IMG/VR virus record: IMGVR_UViG_3300037461_000157 | Span: 1 to 31,228 of that record | Source: a virus | Lineage: Duplodnaviria > Caudoviricetes | Reading direction: 5' to 3' (one strand) | DNA: 31,228 nucleotides | Shown here: in pieces, positions 9,088 through 18,316 of the stretch | Layout of the letters: each line of letters begins with the position of its first letter | Position numbering within the stretch: position 1 is the first letter of the stretch | Program-made: the position numbers and the translations under genes | The notes under the pieces: generated by a model | The model's input: only the letters and a program-made list of their open reading frames with translations | Database searches by the model: none | Told to the model about the DNA's origin: nothing

Positions 9088-10032
9088 ATGACGACGGCAA
9101 TCGGTTCCTACGCGACACTCGCGGGCGTGAAGGCTCGGCTGTCGGGCACGATGGACTCGGCCGACGACACCCTGCTCGGGACGCTCTGCGACCAGGTGAA
9201 CCAGTTCATCGAAAGCCCGCAGGGCTGCGGCCGGGTCATCGCCCCGCGGCCGGTCGGATCAGGCGTCGCGTCGGCGAACGAGATCCAGTCCGTCACGCTC
9301 GCGAAAGCGGGCGGCTCCGTCACGGGCGGGACGTGGACGCTCACGTTCAACGGGAGCACGACCACGAACCTCGCGTGGAACATCACAGGCGCCGATCTCC
9401 AGGTCGCGCTCCGGCTGCTCGCCACCATCAACGGAGCGAACGTCACGGTCACCGGCGACGGCCCCTACGCGGTGGAGTTCATCGGCGAGCTCGCCGGGCT
9501 GGCGCAGACGCTGATGACGGCCGATGCCTCCGATCTGACCGTCGCCCCCTGCACCGCCACCGTGGCCCTCGTCTCGACGCCGCAGACGGCGCTCTATTAC
9601 TTCGATGGCGACGGTGGCCGGACGCTTTACGTCGACCACCGCGGCATCGCCGAGCTGGCGATCGCCACGCAGACGGGCGGGAGCTACACGGTCCTCGCGG
9701 CCACGGACTATTTCAGCCGTCCGCTCCCGCAGTCCCGCGATCCCGGCTGGCCTGCGACGCGTATCGAACTGTCGGACGTGGGCAGCTACTGGTACTTCCC
9801 GGTGGGCTACTCCACCGTGCGTGCGAAGCTGGTGCTCGGCTGGCCGGCCATCCCCGATGACATCATCGCCGTCGCCGAGGTCGCCGTCGTGCGCGCCTGG
9901 CACGCCCGCCAGAGCGGCCAGACGGACATCGTCGGAACCGACGAGACGGGCGCCCCGATCGTGTCGCGCTACATCCCGGCGGCTGACTGGATGACGCTGA
10001 AGGCGTACCGCGTGGCGCCGCCCGTCGGATGA
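9088..10032 (+). CDS. Head-tail connector (gp6/gp15-like) with an inserted ~100-aa domain
   Basis: YATLAGVKARL...DD.LL N-terminus and GWPAIPDDI C-terminus; insert NEIQ...GGTWTLTFNG at ~9277-9580. Confidence 0.8.
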   Translation: MTTAIGSYATLAGVKARLSGTMDSADDTLLGTLCDQVNQFIESPQGCGRVIAPRPVGSGVASANEIQSVTLAKAGGSVTGGTWTLTFNGSTTTNLAWNITGADLQVALRLLATINGANVTVTGDGPYAVEFIGELAGLAQTLMTADASDLTVAPCTATVALVSTPQTALYYFDGDGGRTLYVDHRGIAELAIATQTGGSYTVLAATDYFSRPLPQSRDPGWPATRIELSDVGSYWYFPVGYSTVRAKLVLGWPAIPDDIIAVAEVAVVRAWHARQSGQTDIVGTDETGAPIVSRYIPAADWMTLKAYRVAPPVG

Positions 10033-10475
10033 ACCTCCTAACGATCGCCGACGCGCTGGCCGCCCGGTTCGCTCCGGGCCTCGTCACCCCGCCCGCCGGC
10101 CGAAAGAACATCACGGCGGCCACGGCCCGCCCGCCGAACGCGATCCCGAACACACCCTACGTCGTGGCCTGGGCCGACTCGGGCGAGGTGACGTTCCCGC
10201 CGGGCCAGATGCAGGGCGAGCACGAGTTCAAGGTGACGTTCTATTACAGCAAGAGCGAGGCCGACATCCCGCGCGAGTACGCGGCGCTCCTAGATTGGGT
10301 CGGCGTCCTGCTCGCCCGGCTGGCCGGCCAGACGCAGCTCGGCGTCACGGGCGTCAAGAAGGCGATCCCGATGCGCTGGGAGATCGGCACGGCCATCTAC
10401 GCCGGGGTCACCTACGAGGCGATCATCATCACCGTTCACGTCTGGACGGAAGACAACGTGACGCTCACGCCATGA
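10029..10475 (+). CDS. Putative tail terminator or head-tail joining protein
   Basis: Size, position and IADALAARF...P..IPNTPYVV pattern. Confidence 0.6.
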   Translation: MNLLTIADALAARFAPGLVTPPAGRKNITAATARPPNAIPNTPYVVAWADSGEVTFPPGQMQGEHEFKVTFYYSKSEADIPREYAALLDWVGVLLARLAGQTQLGVTGVKKAIPMRWEIGTAIYAGVTYEAIIITVHVWTEDNVTLTP

Positions 10476-10960
10476 GCGTCTTTCACATCTCCAAGGCGGT
10501 CGGCGTCGACGTGCGGGGCATCCCCGAAGTACAGGCTGCGCTCGGGAAGATGGAGGGGCCGGCCGCGAAGAAGATGCTGCAGGCGGCTACCTCTGCGGGC
10601 GGCAAGATCCTGAAGAAGAGCGTGCAGGCCGAGGCGCCACGGGGCGCGACCGGCAAGCTCCGGCGCTCCGTCTCGGCCCGAGCCGTGAAGGCGAAGAGCC
10701 GCCCCGGCACCGTCATCTCGCCACGTCCGAAGGTCGCGTTCTACCGGCACATGGTCATCGGCGGGACGAAGGACCACGGGCCGCGCAACCCGGCCAACCG
10801 TTTCCTGATCTTCAAAGGTCGGGGCGGCGAGAACGTCATGGTCCCGCGCGTCAAGGGCAATCCTCCCAACCCATTCGTCTCCCGCGGCTTCGACCGCGGC
10901 CAGGCGGCCGCGATGGCCGCGCTAGAGAAGGTGGTCGACGACTACCTGGACAGCCTGTAG
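10472..10960 (+). CDS. HK97 gp10-like tail completion protein
   Basis: VRGIPEV..AL, AP..TGKLRRSV, GT, PNPFV..GFD motifs; ATGA-coupled start at 10472. Confidence 0.8.
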   Translation: MSVFHISKAVGVDVRGIPEVQAALGKMEGPAAKKMLQAATSAGGKILKKSVQAEAPRGATGKLRRSVSARAVKAKSRPGTVISPRPKVAFYRHMVIGGTKDHGPRNPANRFLIFKGRGGENVMVPRVKGNPPNPFVSRGFDRGQAAAMAALEKVVDDYLDSL

Positions 10961-10969
10961 GAGGCCACC

Positions 10970-12325
10970 GTGAGCGAAGCCGTCTTCAACATTCTGCAAG
11001 TGGCGCAACAGTCCGCCGACGTGACGGGCGTCGCGGCCAAGGCGCTCTTCCCGGTCGACGCCGGGGCCGTGATCGACGAGGACCGCTCGCCCACGTCGCC
11101 TGACGAGGACTACGGTGAGAACGCCATCGGTCAGCCCGGCCGCGGCACCTACGGACTCCGCGGCTCGACCCTCAGCGTCGCCGGCGAGGTCCGGGCCGAG
11201 GACATCATCGAACTGCTCTCCATGCACGCGAAGGGCGGCGTCACCCCGACCGGGGGCGCCGGCGCCTACGTCTGGACGTTCCCCTACGATCTGACCAGCG
11301 ACACCCTGAAGCGCTACACGATCGAGGGTGGCGTCGTCGGCGTGGCGAATGACCAGTGGCGGGCGGTCGGTTGTCTCTGCAACTCGCTGGAGCTCGGCTT
11401 CGATGCCCTGACCGCTCCCGGCAACGCGCCGTGGCGGTTCAGCGCTGACATCCAGGGGCTCTTCCGCGAGCGCTCCGACCTGACAGCCTCGCAGGATCCG
11501 TACCCGTCCCTCGAGACGTTCGAGGGCCACATGACCAGCCTGTACGAAGGCGCGACCGGAACGGCCTACTCCTCGCTCGCACACGCGGTCTCGTCGCTCA
11601 AGTCCTTCAAGGTCACGTCTGAGCTGAACCTCGCCCGCCGGGCCTACGGCGGCTCCGTCGACTACGCCGCGGGCTGGGGCTACGCGGGCCGCAAGGCCGT
11701 GAACTTCACGGCCGAGCTCGCCATCAACGCCACCACGCACCCCGATGTGTCGGACGTGTACGAGACGGCCGGCTCGCTGATGACCGAGCGGCGCTGGCGC
11801 ATCCTCGCCCGCGGCTCGCGGCTCACCACGCAGAACGAAGTCCAGACGTTCACGACCGACGCGGACGGCGGGACGTTCACCCTCAGCTTCGAAGGCGCCA
11901 CCACCGGGTCGCTCGCATACGACGCCACCACCGGGACCGTCCAGACGGCGCTTCGCGCGCTGCCGACCATCAACGGAGCGAACATCACCGTGACCGGAAC
12001 GCCGGGCGCGTGGGTGCTCACCTTCGGCGGGACGCTCGCGAACGCGCCGCAGCTCCTCATCCAGTACAGCGACGCACTCCTGACCCTGACCGCGAGCGTG
12101 CCGACGAGCACGCTTGTCCGCACCACTCCGGGCGGGCAGCTGAAGACGCTCACGATCGACGGCCGGGTGCGCTTCCACACCGTCAACATCGGCAACCTCG
12201 ACGGCGAGCGGGTGTTCGCGGTGGAGGGGATCTACGTCAAGGATCCGACCGCGAACAGCGGCACCGGGACCGACCTCCAGATCGCCGTCCTCAACGGCAT
12301 CGCCACGCAACTCACGGTCGTCTGA
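10970..12325 (+). CDS. Major tail tube protein with inserted NEVQ-type domain
   Basis: AGGAGG RBS and GTG; position before chaperone and tape measure; YTIEGG..., GC.CNSLEL tube-like motifs; insert at ~11834-12135. Confidence 0.8.
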   Translation: MSEAVFNILQVAQQSADVTGVAAKALFPVDAGAVIDEDRSPTSPDEDYGENAIGQPGRGTYGLRGSTLSVAGEVRAEDIIELLSMHAKGGVTPTGGAGAYVWTFPYDLTSDTLKRYTIEGGVVGVANDQWRAVGCLCNSLELGFDALTAPGNAPWRFSADIQGLFRERSDLTASQDPYPSLETFEGHMTSLYEGATGTAYSSLAHAVSSLKSFKVTSELNLARRAYGGSVDYAAGWGYAGRKAVNFTAELAINATTHPDVSDVYETAGSLMTERRWRILARGSRLTTQNEVQTFTTDADGGTFTLSFEGATTGSLAYDATTGTVQTALRALPTINGANITVTGTPGAWVLTFGGTLANAPQLLIQYSDALLTLTASVPTSTLVRTTPGGQLKTLTIDGRVRFHTVNIGNLDGERVFAVEGIYVKDPTANSGTGTDLQIAVLNGIATQLTVV

Positions 12326-12765
12326 TGGTCGCCGAGCCGGTGCCGATCGTCCCGCAGGACGACGGCAACTTCACGAGCGACGCCACGACGACCGTCGTCC
12401 TCGGCGAGTGCCGGTGTCCCGGCCGGCCGCACGACGAGGACACGGCCGAGGTGCTGTTGGAGCTCCCCTGGGAGACGCTGGTCGACGTGGGCCTGCTCTC
12501 CGGGGCGGCGGCCTACCGGCGGCTCATCACGGGCGCGCTGGTGGCGTGGAACCTGACGGACGCGCAGGGCGAGCCGGTCCCGCTGGCGGAGTTGTCGCGC
12601 CTCCGTTACGACCGGCTCGACCCGATCGCCGACGCTGTGAACGCGGCCTACCAGCGGGCGCAGGCGCCACTCCCAAACGCGTCTGGCGCTCCATCTCGTC
12701 GCTCGCGACGGGAGAGCGCCTCTGTGAACCCGACGATCCGACCGCGCGCGAAGCATACGAGGTAG
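12325..12765 (+). CDS. Tail assembly chaperone (gpG-like)
   Basis: TGATG-coupled to the tail tube gene; LVAWNLTDAQGEPVP motif; contains a slippery heptamer. Confidence 0.85.
   Translation: MVAEPVPIVPQDDGNFTSDATTTVVLGECRCPGRPHDEDTAEVLLELPWETLVDVGLLSGAAAYRRLITGALVAWNLTDAQGEPVPLAELSRLRYDRLDPIADAVNAAYQRAQAPLPNASGAPSRRSRRESASVNPTIRPRAKHTR
12672..12678 (+). other. Programmed -1 ribosomal frameshift site C CCA AAC
   Basis: X XXY YYZ heptamer in phase with the chaperone; the -1 frame is open to 13019, where its stop overlaps the tape measure ATG. Confidence 0.85.
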
Positions 12766-13019
12766 AGCTGATGCGGATCACGGGCTGGACGGTGCCCGAG
12801 CTGCGGGCCGCGCCCGCCCGCGTGGTCCGCGCGCACTTCCTCCGCATCTTCGTCGGGCTCGCGTGGAACCCGGCACTAGCCGAGGCTGCCGCGGGGCCAC
12901 CTCCCCCTCGCGGCAACTTCGGCTCCATCGGTGACTACGCCGAGGCGAGGCGCGCGAAGGCGCGGGCCGTGGAGGCGCAACAGGTCATCGAACGGGCGCT
13001 CTGGCCGGAGGACGACTGA
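12678..13019 (+). CDS. gpT-like C-terminal part of the frameshifted chaperone (G-T fusion ~231 aa, 12325-13019)
   Basis: LMRITGWTVPELRAAP is typical of gpT segments; reached by a -1 shift. Confidence 0.8.
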   Translation, partial: RVWRSISSLATGERLCEPDDPTAREAYEVELMRITGWTVPELRAAPARVVRAHFLRIFVGLAWNPALAEAAAGPPPPRGNFGSIGDYAEARRAKARAVEAQQVIERALWPEDD

Positions 13020-14644
13020 TGGCGTCGAAGGAACTCAGCATCCTCCTGCTCGCGAAGGACATGGCGTCCAAGACGATCGGGAAGGTCAGCAAGGAGATCA
13101 CCGGGCTCGACAAGGCGGGCCGCACCGCGAGTCGGGGGCTGGCGAACCTTGGGGCCAACCTCGCGAAGATCGGCGCCGTCGCGGCCGTCGGGCTGGGCGT
13201 GGCGGTCAAGTCCGGCCTGTCGAGCCTGGCCGAGCTGGAGTCTGCCGTCGCGTCCGTCGAGGGCGCGATCGTCCAGATGGGCCTCACCGGCCAGGTCACC
13301 GGCGCACAGGTGGCGACGTGGGCCAACGAAATCGAAGCGGCGACCGGTGCTGCCTTCGATGACAAGGCCATCACGCAGGCCACGTCGACCCTGATTCGCT
13401 TCGGCAAGGTCACCGAGTCCAACATTCGCCCGGCGATGGAGATCATCACTGACCTCGCCACGAAGACGGGCGATGTCGAGAGCGCGGCCACGCTGCTCGC
13501 CAAGGCGCTCGCCGATCCGACGAAGGCCGCCGGGAAGCTCGCCCGCTCGGGCGTCATCCTCACGAAGTCGCAGCAGGACCAGATCAAGGCGTTCACTGAG
13601 GCCGGCGACGCGGCGGCGGCGCAGAAGGTCATTCTCGACTCGCTGGCCGAGACGACGAAGGGCGCCGCGCTCGCATCGCAGGGACCGTACAAGCGGGCCA
13701 TGTCTGTGCTCGCGGACGTGACCGAGGATGCCCAGCGGGCGCTCGCCGAAGGCTTCCTGCCCGTGCTCGAAAAGCTCGCCGGGAAGCTCTCGACGGCGCT
13801 GGCGAACCCGAAGGTCATGGCGAACATCCGCGAGTTCGGCAAGGGGCTGGCGTCCGGGCTCGACTCGCTCATCTCCATCGCTGAGAAGCTGCCCTGGGGC
13901 GCGATCGGCGACTCGCTGAAAGTCGCCGGGGCCGGTGCCAAGGCCGTGCTCGGCGCCTTCGTCGCCCTGCCGCCGTGGGTGCAGACGGCCGTGCTCACCG
14001 GCTGGGGGCTGAACAAGCTCACGGGCGGGGCGCTCGGCTCTCTCGTCGGGCAGCTCGCGGGCGGGCTCATCAAGGGCGTGCTCGGCATCCAGGCGGGCGT
14101 CGTCAACGTCACGGGCGGAGTGGTCAACGGGCCGGGCGGCATCGGCGGCAAGGGCGGTCTCCCTGTCGGGGCTCTGCCCGGCGTCGGTGGAGCCGTGGCG
14201 GCCGTCGGCGGCGGAGCCGCCCTAGCCGCGGCCGCTGGCACGGCCGCGGCGCTCGTCGCCGGAGGGGTCGCTCTTTACAAGGGCTACGAACTGCTGGAGG
14301 GCGCCCGCACCGAGGAGGCCAAGAACCGGCCGGTCGGCCCGCGCGGCAACCTCCGGGGCTTCACGGACGCCGAGCGCGAGGCCCGCAATACGACCGCCGC
14401 GGTCGACAGCCTGAAGTCCGAGACGACGGCGATCCTGACCCGCGTCAACTCGTCGGTCACGGCTGGCGACTCCCGCACGGCGGGCCGCATCGACTCGCTG
14501 AACGCGGCCATCCGGGCAATCAAGATCCAGCCGAAGATCACCGTCCCGGTCTACGTCACCTCTACCGTGAGCGTGCGGAACACCCGCGTCGCCACGGCCG
14601 TCTCGGCCCGCTACGGCGGCTCCAACCGGATCTATGAGCCATGA
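13019..14644 (+). CDS. Tape measure protein (short, 541 aa)
   Basis: L.AKD.AS..I N-terminus; Ala/Gly/Leu helical composition; LAKALADP...L.RSGV motif; position. Confidence 0.9.
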   Translation: MASKELSILLLAKDMASKTIGKVSKEITGLDKAGRTASRGLANLGANLAKIGAVAAVGLGVAVKSGLSSLAELESAVASVEGAIVQMGLTGQVTGAQVATWANEIEAATGAAFDDKAITQATSTLIRFGKVTESNIRPAMEIITDLATKTGDVESAATLLAKALADPTKAAGKLARSGVILTKSQQDQIKAFTEAGDAAAAQKVILDSLAETTKGAALASQGPYKRAMSVLADVTEDAQRALAEGFLPVLEKLAGKLSTALANPKVMANIREFGKGLASGLDSLISIAEKLPWGAIGDSLKVAGAGAKAVLGAFVALPPWVQTAVLTGWGLNKLTGGALGSLVGQLAGGLIKGVLGIQAGVVNVTGGVVNGPGGIGGKGGLPVGALPGVGGAVAAVGGGAALAAAAGTAAALVAGGVALYKGYELLEGARTEEAKNRPVGPRGNLRGFTDAEREARNTTAAVDSLKSETTAILTRVNSSVTAGDSRTAGRIDSLNAAIRAIKIQPKITVPVYVTSTVSVRNTRVATAVSARYGGSNRIYEP

Positions 14645-16773
14645 GCCTCACCTACACCTACGATGGCGCAGCGGTCACGCACAATGCCGCGCCGTCCGGG
14701 CTGAACGTCACCCACCGCGCCGACGGGGAGGCATCCTTCGGCGGCATCCCGTTCGAAGATCCGACCGCGACGCTGGTGGTCGTCGGCCACAAGCTCGTCA
14801 CCGTCGAAGAGGACGAGTGCGCGCAGCCGCGCCTGTTCACCGGCTTCACGACCGAGCGCGGCATGGGCCGCTCGCTCGACGAGGGACTGTTCGTCGGCCC
14901 TAACCCGCGGCTCGTCGACATGACCGTGGTCGACATGAATGCGGCACTCGGCTTCCGGCAGATCACCGGGAGCGATGGCAACCGGCCCGCCGAGACGTGG
15001 GCCGACCGGCTGACGTGGATCCTCGAGTCGGACTACCTCAACGAGTTCATTTCGTCCGATCAGACGTGGATCGTCACGAACACGACGAGCATCGAGGCGG
15101 CCGACTACCGAGGGGCCTACGCCACGGCGGTGCTCGACGACCTAGTGGATCGGTCGGGCGGGGCTTACGTCTACTACGTCTTCTGGGACACGGCCGCGAG
15201 CGAGACGAGGCTGTTCTTCGATAATGACGTGGAGACGATCGGCCCCGCGGGGGTGTCAATCAGTAACGTCGACGCGGACGTTGACGGTGCCACAGTCTTC
15301 GCCCCGACGACGACCTCCAAGCTAGCCCGCGAGCCGGACCAGACGTACAGCGACGTGACGGTCGTCTACGATCGCGGGGCGAAGAAGCTCTACCGCTACC
15401 GCGCGTCGACGGCCACGACCTACGTCCGGCGCGGTACCGAGATCAGCCGCCCCTACACCCGCGGCCTCGCCACCGCCACCGCCCAGGCCGAGGCGTGGCT
15501 CGACAAGCACTCGGTCGAGGTGGACCGCATCACCTGCTCGATCCAGGTGCCGGCCGACTCGGTGGGGCTGATCCAGGCGGGCCAGTCGATCGACGTGCGG
15601 TTCAGTCATCTGCCGGGCTACGAGAGCGCCAGCTTCACGACCATGCGGATCGTGAGCTACAGCCCGAAGCCGACGAACGACCTGGCGACGCATTACGACG
15701 TGGCGCTGGAGCTCGTGGGCGCCCGCCCCGTCGTCGAAGAGGGCTGCGACTGTCTGGAGGGTGACGACGGCACACTGGCGACGGGCGATCTTGCGTACAG
15801 CGTGCGGTCACAGGAGTTCGGCCCGCTTCACGTCCCGGCTCACTGCTCCGTGACGATCACGCGGTTCGACTGGACCGAATACACGAACCCTGGCAACCCG
15901 AGCCTCGATCCGCCATGCCGCATCTCGGCTAGCTTCCTCGACACCGATCCGAGCCAGTTCTCGCTGTCCGATCCCAAGTACGCGACGTTCTCGGGCAACG
16001 ACACCAACATCAAGGTCACCCACGGCGCGGACCTTGGCAGTGATCCTCTCGCTGAATCCGCCCCCGGCAATGGCTTCACGTTGGACCCCAGTGGCGGCGA
16101 CGCGATGGATCCGCCGAACCTCGGCTATGCCCTGTCGGGAATGCTGATCGAGAACGCATCCGACGACGACTTCGAGTTCACCATGCTGGTGAAGAGCAAC
16201 CCCTATTTCGAGTCCGTCGGGAACTACTCGATCACGGCGACATACATCTGCGGCGAACCGGCCGTCGAGGATGAGGAGATCGACCTCGGACCCACGCCCG
16301 GCGCCACGACGACGCACACCGTCGACCCGACCGTCGACGACGACGAGACGCTCGGCTTCGGGACGCCGGGGATGATCTGGGTCAACACGACGGACGGTGG
16401 CGTATTCGTGCTGGTCGACGGCACGGACGGGGCTGCCGTTTGGACCGAAGCGAGCCCCATCGCGGGCACCGTATACGCGCCCACGAATGCCGACTACCTC
16501 GTCGGCACGGCGCAGGGTGGGCTCTCGGACGAGATCGTCGTCGGCACCACGCCTGGCGGCGAGTTGGGCGGGACGTGGGCCAGTCCGACGGTGGATGCGA
16601 CGCATTCCGGGTCGGCACACCTAGCGCTCGGCTCCACTTCGAGCACGGCGGCGGCCGGCGACCACTTGCACGCGGGCGTCTACGTCGGCGAGCTGCTCAT
16701 GCAGGACGGCGTGACGAGTCCGCCCGTGCCGATCGAAAACGAAGCCGGCGATGACTGGCTCTATGCCGACTAG
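14641..16773 (+). CDS. Tail tip or baseplate hub protein with C-terminal fibre-like domains
   Basis: Follows the TMP by ATGA; RLFTGF, IQAGQSIDV hub-like N-terminal half; variable C-terminal half. Confidence 0.7.
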   Translation: MSLTYTYDGAAVTHNAAPSGLNVTHRADGEASFGGIPFEDPTATLVVVGHKLVTVEEDECAQPRLFTGFTTERGMGRSLDEGLFVGPNPRLVDMTVVDMNAALGFRQITGSDGNRPAETWADRLTWILESDYLNEFISSDQTWIVTNTTSIEAADYRGAYATAVLDDLVDRSGGAYVYYVFWDTAASETRLFFDNDVETIGPAGVSISNVDADVDGATVFAPTTTSKLAREPDQTYSDVTVVYDRGAKKLYRYRASTATTYVRRGTEISRPYTRGLATATAQAEAWLDKHSVEVDRITCSIQVPADSVGLIQAGQSIDVRFSHLPGYESASFTTMRIVSYSPKPTNDLATHYDVALELVGARPVVEEGCDCLEGDDGTLATGDLAYSVRSQEFGPLHVPAHCSVTITRFDWTEYTNPGNPSLDPPCRISASFLDTDPSQFSLSDPKYATFSGNDTNIKVTHGADLGSDPLAESAPGNGFTLDPSGGDAMDPPNLGYALSGMLIENASDDDFEFTMLVKSNPYFESVGNYSITATYICGEPAVEDEEIDLGPTPGATTTHTVDPTVDDDETLGFGTPGMIWVNTTDGGVFVLVDGTDGAAVWTEASPIAGTVYAPTNADYLVGTAQGGLSDEIVVGTTPGGELGGTWASPTVDATHSGSAHLALGSTSSTAAAGDHLHAGVYVGELLMQDGVTSPPVPIENEAGDDWLYAD

Positions 16774-16782
16774 GAGGCCGTA

Positions 16783-17670
16783 ATGGCAAAGGCAAGCGAC
16801 AACGCCTTCCCCTCGATCCTCATTACCGAGGGCACCGAGCCGTCCGCGCCGGCCGCCGGCAAGCAGCGGCTCTACATCGACTCGTCAACGCACAAGTTGA
16901 AGCGGACCGACAGCAGCGGCACCGACGTGACGATCGAGGCGACGGCCGGGGCTCTCAACAAGTACGACGCCACGGCCGCCCCTGCCGTGACCGACGACTC
17001 GGGGGACGGCTACTCGGTCGGCTCGATCTGGATCGACGTGACCGGCGATGACGCCTACATCTGCGTGGATGCGTCGGTGGGGGCTGCGGTCTGGAACCCT
17101 TTTGAGGCGGCCGGTGTAGGAGATCCGCTCTACTCCTATGACACGCTGTTCACCGGCTCTTCACTCCCGAGCGGCTGGGCATTCACCGGCTCCGGCACTT
17201 GCGTCGTGTCGGGAAACAAGGCGACCGTCACGAGCGGGGCCCACAAGGACCGGCTCATGTACGACTTCACGCCGGACGGCCAGTACCTAATCCAGATGCA
17301 CGTCACGAACCTGTCCGGCACCGGCGGGATGCCCTCGCTCGTCGTGCTCGACACGAACGGGGATGGCTGGGGCACCGGGCCGTACAACGACAGCGTCACC
17401 TACACCTGGGTCATCGACAACTACGGCTACACCGGGAACACGGGCGGGAACTCGGCGAGCCCAACGCTGACCGATGTCTGGTTCCAGCTCTACGTCGTGG
17501 CCGGGATCGTCGTCGCAGCGGGCTTTTCGGCGGACGGCTCGACATGGACGCGGCTCAACTGCGCGACGACGACCAGCCTGACGATGACGCAGTTCGGGAT
17601 CTGCCAGATCTACACCGCGGCCAGCATGGTCGCGGAAGTCGTCCAGGTCCGCTACTGCGCTCCCGTCTGA
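16783..17670 (+). CDS. Tail fibre or receptor-binding protein
   Basis: AGGAGG RBS; PSAPAAGKQRLY N-terminal adaptor; lectin/ConA-like beta-sandwich C-terminus (FSADGSTWT). Confidence 0.7.
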   Translation: MAKASDNAFPSILITEGTEPSAPAAGKQRLYIDSSTHKLKRTDSSGTDVTIEATAGALNKYDATAAPAVTDDSGDGYSVGSIWIDVTGDDAYICVDASVGAAVWNPFEAAGVGDPLYSYDTLFTGSSLPSGWAFTGSGTCVVSGNKATVTSGAHKDRLMYDFTPDGQYLIQMHVTNLSGTGGMPSLVVLDTNGDGWGTGPYNDSVTYTWVIDNYGYTGNTGGNSASPTLTDVWFQLYVVAGIVVAAGFSADGSTWTRLNCATTTSLTMTQFGICQIYTAASMVAEVVQVRYCAPV

Positions 17671-17702
17671 TCGGCAGACACCCACACCGAAGGAGGCTCG
17701 AC

Positions 17703-18011
17703 ATGGCTCAGGCAATCGTCATCCGCGAAGACCAGAAGGCAAGCGTCGCGCTCGGGATGCTCTACTCGGACGGCTCGGTCCAGCAACTCGGGTTGCTCTT
17801 CAACTATGCCTTCGACCCGGAGGGCATCGCCACGCTCGCCGTTGGCAGCCCTACCTTCATCGTGGCGTCGGCACCCGGAACGACGGTGCTCACCCTGTCG
17901 GACATCAACCGCACCTTCTCGGAGGACGTACAGGTGACGGTCACGGCCGGCCCCCCCGTCGTCGTCCCCGTCGGCCTGTCCATCGTCTTGGGCGCGCCTG
18001 AGCCGAAGTGA
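17703..18011 (+). CDS. Small Ig-like (Big-type) domain protein
   Basis: AAGGAGG RBS; DP.GIAT...IVASAPGTTVLT...VQVTV pattern. Confidence 0.6.
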   Translation: MAQAIVIREDQKASVALGMLYSDGSVQQLGLLFNYAFDPEGIATLAVGSPTFIVASAPGTTVLTLSDINRTFSEDVQVTVTAGPPVVVPVGLSIVLGAPEPK

Positions 18012-18026
18012 CAGCCTAGTTGTCAC
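18008..18026. promoter_or_regulatory. Palindromic operator-like site GTGACA-N7-TGTCAC
   Basis: Perfect 6-bp inverted repeat in the spacer between the structural and early modules. Confidence 0.45.
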
Positions 18027-18080
18027 AGCCCCGCGCCATCCTGCGGCATAACCCCGGACGGAAGTACCAGCGTTTGCCCC

Positions 18081-18116
18081 TTGACAATGTATAACGCCCC
18101 GCGTAGGCTTCGGGCA
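18081..18116 (+). promoter_or_regulatory. Sigma70/SigA-type promoter, leaderless transcript
   Basis: TTGACA(18081)-17 bp-TAGGCT(18104-18109)-6 bp-ATG(18116); no SD sequence. Confidence 0.85.
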
Positions 18117-18316
18117 TGGGAGACGCACCGCAGACGCCACTCCGCCAGATCCGTCTCGCCGCAGGGCTAACCTTGCGCGAGGTCGCGCGACGGAGCGGGG
18201 TCAACCCTGGGCGGCTGTCCATCATCGAACGGGGCGTGCCGCCGACCATCGACGAGGCCAGCCGCATCCTTGCGGCGCTCCAGGTCGAGGTCGTCCCAAA
18301 GGGAGACGCCGCATGA
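18116..18316 (+). CDS. XRE-family HTH regulator (Cro-like)
   Basis: LRQIRLAAGLTLREVARRSGV....LSIIERG HTH_3 signature; first gene of the early operon. Confidence 0.9.
   Translation: MGDAPQTPLRQIRLAAGLTLREVARRSGVNPGRLSIIERGVPPTIDEASRILAALQVEVVPKGDAA

Noticed and set aside
14641-17670. Diversity-generating retroelement or invertible tail-fibre system
   Set aside because: No reverse transcriptase or invertase gene, and no TR/VR-like near-identical nucleotide pair or flanking inverted repeats seen.
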